Assembly: GCA_964035575.1 (NCBI GenBank)
Contig: OZ037841.1
Coordinates: 1,736,001-1,800,000, forward strand
Direction of reading: 5' to 3'
Length of the DNA stretch: 64,000 nucleotides
DNA from: Rhynchopus sp. YZ270_cl-10
Taxonomy: Eukaryota
Shown: piece after piece, positions 14,554-24,789 of the stretch
Layout of the letters: each line of letters opens with the position of its first letter
Position numbering within the stretch: position 1 is the stretch's first letter
The notes under the pieces: model-generated
Seen by the model: the letters and a program-made list of their open reading frames with translations, nothing else
The model's database searches: none
Told to the model about the DNA's origin: nothing
Position numbers and translations under genes: made by a program

Positions 14554-15697
14554 CAGTGGCTGTCACGAAAGGTGTCAATTTGGTGGACCACCTTCCACTA
14601 AACTTCTACTCCACTAATCTTATCGATTTTTTTTGCATTTTTTTGCGCGGACTCCGGAAATGCAGATCCGCGCAGTTTCCGGGGGAAATTTTTTTCACCC
14701 CCTCCCCGGGATCGTGGGATGAGGGTCGAAAAAGTGGCCTAAGGAAACTGGCCTGTGGACCGACTAGAAGTTGATTATTTTTTTCGAAAATGCTTTCTTT
14801 GGATTCATTCGTCAAAAATCTCTCAATTCCGTACTTTTTTTTAAATTTTTTGCACCCCATTTTTTCCTGTGGGATGGTCGGCTCTCCCCCCAAAATCGAA
14901 TTTTCACTACTTTTAATAAGGGAAAACACTAGGGAAAATAGCTCATAATTCAGAACCTGTCCTGGTAATGCTGGAGCGATGTTGCTTTGTGACATCTGTG
15001 AGAATGGCTGGCAAATTGCGTTGCTGCTGAAGTACGTGCGTGCTTGAGTCCTGGCGTCTTCTGCTGACGTCCCGAAGGAGAGGTGGCTTGGTCTGCCTTG
15101 GGCAACAAGGGGGGTTACCACCCCCAGCTCCGGAATACAGTGGAAAGGTGCAAAAAATGGGTCGGTCACGTTTGTCGTAGGTTCCACTAGGTCATATATT
15201 CAGGTGGCTTTACAACGAGTTGTAAAAAAAAACTACATAAAAGACTCTGAATAAGGTTTTGAAGCCCTCAAACAACACAAAAGCCTCACCCTCACCACTT
15301 TTTTTTACATGGTGGCCCACAAAGGCACTTTTGAACGGGTTTTTACCCATAGGAATACAGTAGTAAAGTGCCCAAACCCAGTGGACCACCTTCCACCAAA
15401 CTTCTACTCCACTAATCTTCTCGATTTTTTTTTCATTTTTTTGCGCGGACTCCGGAAATGCAGATCCGCGCAGTTTCCAGCTCCGGAAAATTAGGCTCCT
15501 ATCCCGGGATTTCAAAAAGATTTTCGGCAAAAACCGCTTTTTTGGATTTGACTAAATTTGATTTTTTCAAAAGTTCAAAATTCTTGCTCCAATGGAATCA
15601 GCGGGCAAATTTAAGCCCAAATACGTACTTTAAAAAAAAAAAAAATTGACTTTTTTTTTTGGGATTCTGAAATTGACACCTTTCGTGACAGCCACTG
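14554..15697. mobile_element. TIR element with 4-bp ATAT TSD (non-autonomous)
   Basis: 28-bp perfect TIR CAGTGGCTGTCACGAAAGGTGTCAATTT; ATAT at 14550-14553 and 15698-15701; the paralogous spacer has a single ATAT at 1671-1674. Confidence 0.9.
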
Positions 15698-16345
15698 ATA
15701 TACAGCGCCGAATTGACTTTGGATGCCGCACACAAATGCGTTATCACAAAGAGACAGTCGCAATTTCTCTTGTACAAACTGATCAAACCGGTGACCTAGA
15801 GAATTCAGGGTTCAGTGCGACTCAGCGTCGCACCGACTTCACCAATGCAATGTGCGCCATCGTCATATTTTTGCTTTCGTGTTTTTTGTGTTTTTTGTGG
15901 ATCCCCCCCCAGTGGACCGTGAGGGACCCCGCTCTGCCGTGGCAGTCGTGGTTAGCGTTGTCATGTTTGTCTGTAGCACACATATTGAAAAAAAAAACAG
16001 TGGAGATTGCACAACTGTGGCAACACTACCGAGGCAACTACACTAGTCCAACTTTATCAAATAAAAGGTGTGATCTGGGTGAGGAAGCGTTCCAACTTTT
16101 CAATCTCTGCCTTATATTTTTATTTGCTATTTTTCCCACCCCCGTTAGAATCAACAAAGTGTGTACATTAAGATTTATCTATGTAGCAATTGATAGGGAT
16201 GTTTTGCTAGCACTTTGTGAAATCTGTCCCTTCTCGTTGTTGCATTGGAGAAGCTAGTGGTCTGAATACCCTGCAGAGGTTTATTGCATGTTCCCAACAT
16301 AGCAATATGATGTTTCTCTCAGATGCGCACTTTAAATTTTTATTT

Positions 16346-18928
16346 TTATTGCACGTCGGGGCACTTTAATTTCACTCCCCTAACAAATTCCTGTAGAAAA
16401 ATAAAAAACGGCAGTGAAATAAAAAAGGCTTTATTTCTTTATTTCACTCTTTATTTCACTCTTTATTTCACTGCTCGATTTTTTTTTTTTTTTCGCAAAG
16501 ACAAAATTTTCAGCCGAAAAAAAAATTTTTTTCTCATATGAAAAAAAGTACTCTGAGAGATTCGTTAAGGATTCGTATGACATAATATTAACTTTGTGTC
16601 AACGGTGTGGCAAAAAGTGAAATTGTGTTTTTAGCCTAAAAATGGGTGGGGGAGATGTAAAAAGTACTTTTTTTTTTACTTTTTGTCACACTTGATCTGC
16701 CTTTGTTTTTGGTGGGATTTTGGGTTGGTGTGGCATAATGTTGGGGTCTTCATGCCCAGGTCATATCCTGCTACTTATTTCTCGGCATTGTGTTGGGAGT
16801 TGTGTGTTCAATATAATTTATGCCTTACGAACACTTATCGATCTCTCAGAGTACTTTTTTTTATATAGAGAAAAAATTATATATCAGTCCTATTCGTGGT
16901 CATTTACCCCCCCCCCTTTGGGTCGGTGAACCGGAAATTTTGGAAATAAGGGGGTAAAATAAGGGGGGGGGGTAAATGAGGGGGTAAGGGGGGGGGGGTA
17001 AATTACCATGTTATGGGTTAGGTCATGTTTTTGGGTGGGAAGGGGGGACTTTTTCATACACGGTGGGGTAAAATTTTGCACAACACAGTGTGACGACACA
17101 TGCTCTCATGACAAATGTGTCATCTGAAAAAAATTCCTCACTTCCTTGCGACATCGCAAGCAGTCATGCATCATGGATCCACATCATCCACATCATCTTT
17201 CTGCCCGTGCCTGAACCATGACTGGTCAGGGATCACGGTGTTGCCTCAGATTCCGTGAGGTGTCCCAAACGTATCGCCCACGCAGCACAAACGTACCCAC
17301 CTGCACCCATCTACCTGCACACGTGATGTAAAACAGGGTGAAAGATTATTTGCACTTTACCCCTTTCCTCATTTCGAGCTTGTCTCCAGCTTCAAATCAG
17401 ACGAGTCCTACAGTCTCCGGATGTACGACCCGCTGAACACATCAGCCCCTCCCAGCAAACCATAAAACAAAACAGGTATGCGCTGCACTAAGTGAAACTA
17501 TTACCCCATAATTACACGCCAGGTGGTGTTTTGCCACTCGTTCCCTGAACCCCCTCGCTTCGCTCGTGGGTTTAGGTCACTCGTGACAAAACACCACCTG
17601 GCGTGTTGCGGCGATAATTACCCAAAAATTACCTGGTGGCTGGTACTTTACCCCCCCAGGGGGGAAAAGTACCAGCCACAACAGGGTATTATAAGGGGGG
17701 GGGGGGTAAATTACCATGTTATTTTGGCCTGAACCGTTTTTTTCTGAAAAAGGGGGTAAAATAAGGGGGGGGGGTAAATTTAGGGGGGGGGGGGTAAATG
17801 ACCACGAATAGGACTGATTGAGTAAAAAGCGGACTTGTCACACTCGTGTGGTTCTCACAAATCAGTTGGTTTTTTGTATCACTCGCTTCGCTCGTGATAC
17901 AAAATTCTATGTCACACTCGCTTCGCTCGTGAGACAACATAAATTACGTCACTCGCTTCGCTCGTGACGTAAAAGAACCAACTGATTTGTGAGAACCACA
18001 CTCGTGTGACAAAAAGTCCACTTTTTTTCACCTCAATAAATAGCTATTTTTTGGGCTCAGATGGACCCAAAAATGCAAATAAAGCAAGAATTTTGATGTT
18101 TTGAGCATCACATATTTATTCCCCGGTCATTTTCTGTACAAAAAACCGGTTTGTATGGGCCAGCCTTAGCAAAAATCCGAAAAATCGGGAAAAAAAAATT
18201 TTTTTTTCCCCGGAAAAATTCGACTCCTGGGTGGGGTCTTGGAGTACCGAAAAATGCAAAAAAACGCAAAATTTGGGTATTTTGACCATCTGAGGGATTT
18301 TTTCACGTGTTTCACCTTAGATGGAAGCGGATGCGGCTGGTGGGGGTGGGGTGTGCCCACCTACGGGAACAGTGCTGCCTGTGGAGTGGCCACTCCATCT
18401 GCCTCAATGGTGTTTAGGTCGGACATCAGCAACTCTGCAAGGTTGTGATCCAGGAGATAAAGATATTTCGAAAAGAGAAAAATTTGAATGAAGATAACCC
18501 CAACACCAAAGGGAAGTTGATACGATGAACGTAAGCCTTGAGAACTAAGCGTTTAGCAGACCCCCGGGTTGTGAAATAAAAGTGCCCCGTTGTGCAATAA
18601 AAAAATGTTGGTGTAATTGTTGGTGTAATATTTTGCCATAATTTCACTTACAGCCCCAAAACCCCTCGGAGTGGTATTTTTTCCCCTCGGGCTGCGCCCT
18701 CGGGGAAAAAAACCACTCCTCGGGGTTTTTTGGGGCTGTGCGTGAAATAAAGGCAAAAATATTACACGTCAATAATATATATTATTGCACGTCGGGGCAC
18801 TTTAATTTCACTCCCCTAACAAATTCCTGTAGAAAAATAAAAAACGGCAGTGAAATAAAAAAGGCTTTATTTCTTTATTTCACTCTTTATTTCACTGCTC
18901 GATTTTTTTTTTTTTTTTTGCAAAGACA
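16346..18928. repeat. Hairpin-rich segment bounded by ~150-bp direct repeats (possible non-autonomous Crypton-like unit)
   Basis: 16346-16502 recurs at 18783-18928; a partial inverted copy of the start lies at 18571-18600; internal inverted repeats at 16541-16590 / 16813-16861; several long fold-backs. The family assignment is speculative. Confidence 0.5.
16885..17816. mobile_element. TIR element (non-autonomous)
   Basis: ~30-bp TIR CAGTCCTATTCGTGGTCATTTACCCCCCCC with its reverse complement ending at 17816; AT on both flanks; subterminal G-run/GGGGTAAA repeats. Confidence 0.75.
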
Positions 18929-19418
18929 TTTTAGGGCTTAGTTATTTTTTTTTTTTGGTACGCGTCCGCGCGCGCTCAAATTTTTGGAAATCCAAAAATA
19001 AAAAATAAAAAATAAAAAAAAATATGCCGGTGTGGTGTGCATGGAAAAGTATAAAAAAAAAAGTTGGAAAATTTCAACAATTTTTTTTTCGAATATTTTT
19101 TTTTCGAAATATTTTTTTTTGGGCACAACATTGATTTTGCAGGCCAAAACAAGTTATTTTTTTTTGGTATTGGGGGCTCCCTAAAACATGTTAAAAAATC
19201 GCAAAAAAGTTCAAAAAGTGTTTTTTACCTTTGCCAAAACTGAGATACAAAGGGGAAAAAAATGTTTTTTGCCAGCCAAAACTGGGAAAAACGCATGTTT
19301 TCGTATGTTTTCGAATGTTTACGGACCCTCGGACTACGGACCCTCCCACCCCACTTTCTATAGTATGACCCATTTATAGAAAGGGACTCTCGCAAATTTT
19401 TTTTTCCGCCTATATAGG

Positions 19419-20589
19419 CAGGGGTGTCGCTAATTCGGGTCCAGGGTCCCGACTTTTTCAAAACCAAAAAAAAAATTTGCACCCCTAGTAAAATCTGTGT
19501 AGGGAAAAAAAAAAATTTGCACCTAATACAGGGTGGGTTTAATGTGTTAACAACTTGTTCTTTTTTTAAGTGAGAGGCCACCGTGAACTCGGTTGTGTCA
19601 GAACGTTCCAAAAGCGAGGTTTTTGGGGGTCAGGGAAAATCACCAGGTGCCGCCCTCACCCCGCGAAGATTTATTTTTTTGGGTGGGATTTCCTTACCCT
19701 GCCTTACCCTTTTTTTTTGCAGACCAGGGTTTCCTTAGTAAAGGTACCATAGCGTGGTTTTGCGCACACATGTGACCCCACCGTGGAGAGCAATCGGCTC
19801 GCGCAATCAAAAGAACGCAGAGAAAAAGGAAAAGACAAAAAGACAAAAGCTGGGTACCGTGCGCCTGCGGCGCTACCGTTCTCAGTCAAGAACACCACAA
19901 TTTCATCTGAAGCTGTGTTTTCAGACTTGAACATGACCCTTGTTTACGAGAATTGGCAGTCTCGAAAAGTGCACAGGAATAAAAAAATGGTCAAAACTTA
20001 AATACCGAAAACTCGTCCATTTTTCCAAAATGACCCCATCACTTTCTGCAATTGCACCGCATCGGACGATGCAATCAACAAAAACGCCTCCCCTTTTTTC
20101 GTGATCTGGGAACATGCTTGCAAGGGTTTCCTTGCTAAAACCAGAGAATCTCATACTTCATAGTAAGGGTACTTTAGCGTATTTTAGCGCACACATGTGA
20201 CCCCACCGTGGAGAGCAATAGGCTCGCACAATCAAAAGAACGCAGAGAAAAGGGAAAAAGACAAAAGTTGGGTACCGTGCGCCTGCGGCGCTACCTACTG
20301 TTCTCAGTAGTGTCAAAAACACCACAATTTCATCTGAATTTGGGTTTTCAGACCTGAAAATGACCCATGTTTAAGAGTATGGGTTCATATTTTGTGAAAA
20401 TTTAAGTCACTAAAAGTTTGTCCATTTTTCCGTATATCCCCCACCACAGCCTGGGATTGGCTCGGAAATGCCACAAAACACTGTTTTTTCGCCCCCTGGT
20501 AATGGAAAAAAAATCCCCACGTAAAAAAAAAAATTTGCACCCCGATTTCAGATTTTTCAAAAATTTCCCCAAAATTAGCGACACCCCTG
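19419..20589. mobile_element. hAT-type non-autonomous element, copy 2 (inverted relative to 4534-6380)
   Basis: TIR CAGGGGTGTCGCTAATT; 8-bp TSD TATATAGG at 19411-19418 and 20590-20597; near-identical to the reverse complement of copy 1 minus its nested insert. Confidence 0.9.
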
Positions 20590-22064
20590 TATATAGGGCT
20601 AATTTCGACGATTTGAGGCCATTAAAACCAGAATTTGACACTTTTGAGCATCTGTGGGGGTCTAAAACGTGGTTTCGCGCACCCGAAATTTCGTGGTTTT
20701 TACTCAGGAAAATGCCCATTTCAACCCAAATTTTCGGTTTTTCTGGCCCGAAAGTCCAAAAAAAAAGCGCCGGGGGGCTTCGCCCCCCGAACCCCCCACT
20801 GGGGGGCGTAAAGCATACGCCCCCCAGACCCCCCTATGCAATTGGGGGCCTGCGGCGCAGTTCGGAGCTCTTGGTCATACCGAACTGGAATGTTAAATGT
20901 GGATGTTATTGTGCTTGCAGCGTTGTTCCTTGCCATCATACGGCATTAGACCTCATGCAGCAGAACACTACGGTGTCCAGCATCGGCGGTGCGTACACAT
21001 CGGTGAAGGATTTTATCGACGTGACGTGGAACACGGACGACGTCTGGCATTTACGGGTTCAGTACAAGTGTGAGCAGTGCGAACGCACTAACGATTTTGC
21101 GACGAGGCGGCAGCGATGCCTTTCTCCTCGTCCCGGTGCAGGGTGGATCCTTATTTTCGCTGAAAATGCGACATTTTTTTTCGTTTTATTTTCCTCTCCT
21201 GTTTTTGAGATTTTCCCGCGAAGGCCTGACGCTAACTTTCGGGTTTTTAGGAAATCGTGGGGGGTTGATGGTTTGTCCGCGAGCGCAGCGAGTCGAAATA
21301 TTGAGTGACTGTCGGAAAAGAAAACGAACAAGCAGATTGGGACCTGTACTGAGGCAGAATAGTGGTGTTTTTTTACACATCTCATCTATCGCAGAACTAA
21401 ACCCCAGGGGAATATAGGTTTTGGGGGTTTTCGCTGAAACTCGGTCATTACTCGGTCGAGCCCAACCCAGCTCGTTCGGGCCTCCGGCAGAATGTGAGAA
21501 TTCCTCGATTATCCTACTGCGGAGTTCGACACTACATTGATATTTGCAATGGGCACACGCAGTATCAGTAATCTCAATACATTTACAAAAGAAACGGCGG
21601 TCATGGCACCCATGGCGAAGCAACGGTACGCAACATTTCTAAAAATTGCGCTCAAATTGCACGTTTTTAGTGCCAAACTATGTCACGCCAAGGGTGGGTT
21701 GCAAGCTTGCGCCGAAGGCGTACGGTGCGCTACTTTTATTCTCTCGCCATACTGCATGCTTCCTTTTCCTTCGGCGTTTGACCCCAATTAAATCGCGTTT
21801 AACATTCTGAAGTCTGTTTTTGACACACAATCGGGGTGGGTGGCCATAATTTGCTCAACCAGTCGAAAATTGGGATTTTTCTGAAATTTGCATTGTGCCC
21901 AGCAAAAATCGTCGTTTTTTTGAAGAATTTTCCAAAAAATATGCTATACCCCCTATGACTGGACCCAACTCCCCTCACTATTTTCCCCCTCTTTTTTGAC
22001 CCAGAAACCACGCGCTTTTTGAACCTTTTTATCCAAAATACTCCTTTTTAGGGAGCCCCCATTT

Positions 22065-22285
22065 TATTTTGCAACTGACGCGCTGGAGAGGCCCTGGCCA
22101 AACATGGCGTGTTAGGGGAAATATATTCGTCGCACAGATTAGATCAGAGACCCCACCCGATATGTTTCTCATTTTACCTCTTTTGTGCTCCGCCACCGAC
22201 ACTCCCATTTTCTGTACTTCAGGCAATAATCATATACCATCACACACTGACACAGTCCGCGTGTGCTGGAAACAATCAATTTTTT

Positions 22286-22355
<70 letters not shown>
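22065..22355 (+). repeat. Split direct repeat A1 (ends in ~69-nt poly-A)
   Basis: Matches 26596-26860 except for poly-A length (~43 nt there). Confidence 0.92.
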
Positions 22356-22358
<3 letters not shown>

Positions 22359-22404
22359 TTTCAGAAACAATACAGAAACAGAAAAAGCAGGGGAGATACA
22401 GAAG

Positions 22405-22731
22405 AAAAAGCAAAAGCAGGGACTACGAGCCATACTCTAAAAGGATACAGAAGTAAAAAGCAAAAGCAGGGACTACGAGCCATACTCTAAAAGGATACAG
22501 AAGTAAAAAGCAAAAGCAGGGACTACGAGCCATACTCTAAAAGGATACAGAAGTAAAAAGCAAAAGCAGGGACTACGAGCCATACTCTAAAAGGATACAG
22601 AAGTAAAAAGCAAAAGCAGGGACTACGAGCCATACTCTAAAAGGATACAGAAGTAAAAAGCAAAAGCAGGGACTACGAGCCATACTCTAAAAGGATACAG
22701 AAGTAAAAAGCAAAAGCAGGGACTACGAGCC
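22405..22731 (+). repeat. 50-bp tandem repeat (~6.5 copies) in the element's 5' leader
   Basis: Unit AAAAAGCAAAAGCAGGGACTACGAGCCATACTCTAAAAGGATACAGAAGT recurs with period 50. Confidence 0.95.
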
Positions 22732-22776
22732 CAGAGAGGAGCCAGGGACCACGAGCCCTTTTTTCAAACCGTCAAC

Positions 22777-23823
22777 ATGGCCCTTACCCGGGACGACTTC
22801 CCCGCCAACGCGCACGACGTTGAGTGGGCGCAGGTGGAGGTGGGCAGAGCAGAGGGGCAGCCGGCAGAGGCGGCGGCGGGATGCGTGTTCCCGAGCTGCG
22901 CCACGGTGCACGGAGGAGGCGCAAACTGCTGGCGCTGCGGCCACCGAACTACGGTGACATGCATCCGCAACGTACTCCCGCAGGGCCAAACACGCACGGA
23001 GTTCACGGATGGCATTCTGGAGTTGGGGTGGTCGTGTCCAGTGTGTGAGTGGATACGCGCTTTCGCGATCCCACTGGACGACGCCGTGAGCAACGCTTCT
23101 GACCCGGCACCGGATATCCCAGCACAGCAGAACGCAGCACAACAGCAGCAACAACCACAGAACGCACCACAACAGCAGGACATGATGGTGATCCTGATGC
23201 AGATGAGGGACCAGATGGTTGCGTTGAACGGCAGGATGACGGCGTTGGAGGAACAGCGAAACCTCGCACTACCCCAGGGTTTCCATGCAGAGGTGGTCGG
23301 GACATGGAAAAACGTACACGTACCCCAGGTGAAGACACTGATCAGGACGGAAGTCAGCAAAGTATTCAAAGAATACGCACTTCCTGCAAACCTTGATGTG
23401 GCCCGCGAGCACGAGGTAGAGATGAGACGCAATTTCGATTTCCTCGACACCACTCTAAACGCTTTAAAACCAAACCCAGCAGACAACGGGGGGACGATGG
23501 CGGTGTTGCACAGGGTAGTGGTGACCATGTCCGCCTCCACCCATCTGGGCATATACGGCAGGAACATCCGTCTGACGTACGAGAAGAGGGCAAACGGCTA
23601 TCTCCCCGAAGCTTTCACCGTGCAGCTGCAGACGCGTATGTTGGAGCAGCTGGTAGAGGCGGGGAAGAATAAAAAGAAGGAGTACAACCGAAACAACGAC
23701 CGAGGCACCACGGGGGGTTACCGAGGGGACACAAACCAAAACGACAGGAAGAGGGACTACGACCGTACCAGCGACCGACGCACCGAGAACCAGGGAAAGG
23801 GGGGACGCGGGGGGAAGAACTGA
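22777..23823 (+). CDS. Gag-like ORF1 of YR retrotransposon 1
   Basis: 348 aa; first ORF after the leader; Cys-rich N-terminus (CVFPSC, CWRC, CPVC), Q-rich and coiled-coil middle, R/G-rich basic end. Gag assignment is positional. Confidence 0.75.
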   Translation: MALTRDDFPANAHDVEWAQVEVGRAEGQPAEAAAGCVFPSCATVHGGGANCWRCGHRTTVTCIRNVLPQGQTRTEFTDGILELGWSCPVCEWIRAFAIPLDDAVSNASDPAPDIPAQQNAAQQQQQPQNAPQQQDMMVILMQMRDQMVALNGRMTALEEQRNLALPQGFHAEVVGTWKNVHVPQVKTLIRTEVSKVFKEYALPANLDVAREHEVEMRRNFDFLDTTLNALKPNPADNGGTMAVLHRVVVTMSASTHLGIYGRNIRLTYEKRANGYLPEAFTVQLQTRMLEQLVEAGKNKKKEYNRNNDRGTTGGYRGDTNQNDRKRDYDRTSDRRTENQGKGGRGGKN

Positions 23824-23838
23824 CTGCCCTACGCGCAG

Positions 23839-24789
23839 ATGCTCTTTCCTCCCCCCAGCGAAAGAGGCAGAAAACGACAACACGAGACCCCCCTCACAAA
23901 CAAACAGGAAAATACAATAATTCAATCGACTCAGACAACCCTCGCCCGATGCTTAGCGGAGTCCTCCTGGAAGAGCCTCCAAAGCACGTGTCGGCGATAC
24001 TTCGAATTCAAAAACGCTTGGGAGGAGAAACACACATGCACAATCTCACACGAAGTGGCGCTCATATATTGGGTGGAAAAGAAAAGGTCTTTAGACGGAG
24101 TCACGGAGAGTTCGGCGCTGCAATATACGATGGACGTGACGGCGGCGTTACGGCGGACAGGGGACGCACGCCTGGCGGAGTCCCAAATGGTGCAGGATTA
24201 TCGTCGGAGTCTGCGAAGGATGGGAGCACTGATGCCGGGCAAGCAGGCCAAGCCAGCACGTCCCTCCGAAGTCGCATCGGCGATCGAGCTGGAGAAGAAG
24301 CCGTTGATACGTTTAGCACTGGCTATGTGTTGGGTGACGGCGGGGAGGGCGTCGGACGTGCTGCGACTCAAGAAGCAGGAGATCACCATCAGACCAGACG
24401 GAGTGGTGGCAGTGCATTGGAGGGAGACCAAAGGAGATCCTTTCCAGCTGGGACGCTTCACGGGCCACCATCTCACAAAAACAGCGCAGGAAATTTTAGT
24501 ACAACGACTGCAAGCTGTCCGCGATCAGCAAGGTTTGGTTTTCCCACCAGGGATAACATCGCACCAACTCGGAGCCGCACTACAGAGAGTCAACAGGGAG
24601 CTGTCGTCGCACTCACTGAGAAGAGGGGCTGCGCAGTTCCTCCTGAAACAGAAGGTGCCCCTCGACGAAATATGCCTCCTCACCCGCCACCAAACAACGG
24701 AGTCTCTGATCCGATACGTCGCAGAAGCGGGACTACAGAGGGTGGACGTGACGGCAACCATGTCGCAGCAGCTGCAGGCAGCCATGTGA
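23839..24789 (+). CDS. Tyrosine recombinase of YR retrotransposon 1
   Basis: Catalytic residues in order: AGRASDV (R), TKGD (K), SHSLRRGAA (HxxR), TRHQT (H), LIRYV (Y). Confidence 0.93.
   Translation: MLFPPPSERGRKRQHETPLTNKQENTIIQSTQTTLARCLAESSWKSLQSTCRRYFEFKNAWEEKHTCTISHEVALIYWVEKKRSLDGVTESSALQYTMDVTAALRRTGDARLAESQMVQDYRRSLRRMGALMPGKQAKPARPSEVASAIELEKKPLIRLALAMCWVTAGRASDVLRLKKQEITIRPDGVVAVHWRETKGDPFQLGRFTGHHLTKTAQEILVQRLQAVRDQQGLVFPPGITSHQLGAALQRVNRELSSHSLRRGAAQFLLKQKVPLDEICLLTRHQTTESLIRYVAEAGLQRVDVTATMSQQLQAAM

Noticed and set aside
17328..17465. Short frame ...PHFELV...RMYDPLN resembling a Ulp1/C48 protease fragment
   Set aside because: Too short and weak to support without a search.
20418..21308. 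296-aa ORF with CxC and CxxC motifs
   Set aside because: It crosses a MITE boundary and hairpin region; no recognisable domain, though the 3' part could be a relic.
22069..22490. Poly-Lys and poly-Phe ORFs (also at 26543-27075)
   Set aside because: Translations of poly-A tracts in the terminal repeats.
22405..22731. Possible CRISPR array
   Set aside because: Identical head-to-tail units with no spacers and no cas genes, in a eukaryotic retrotransposon context.
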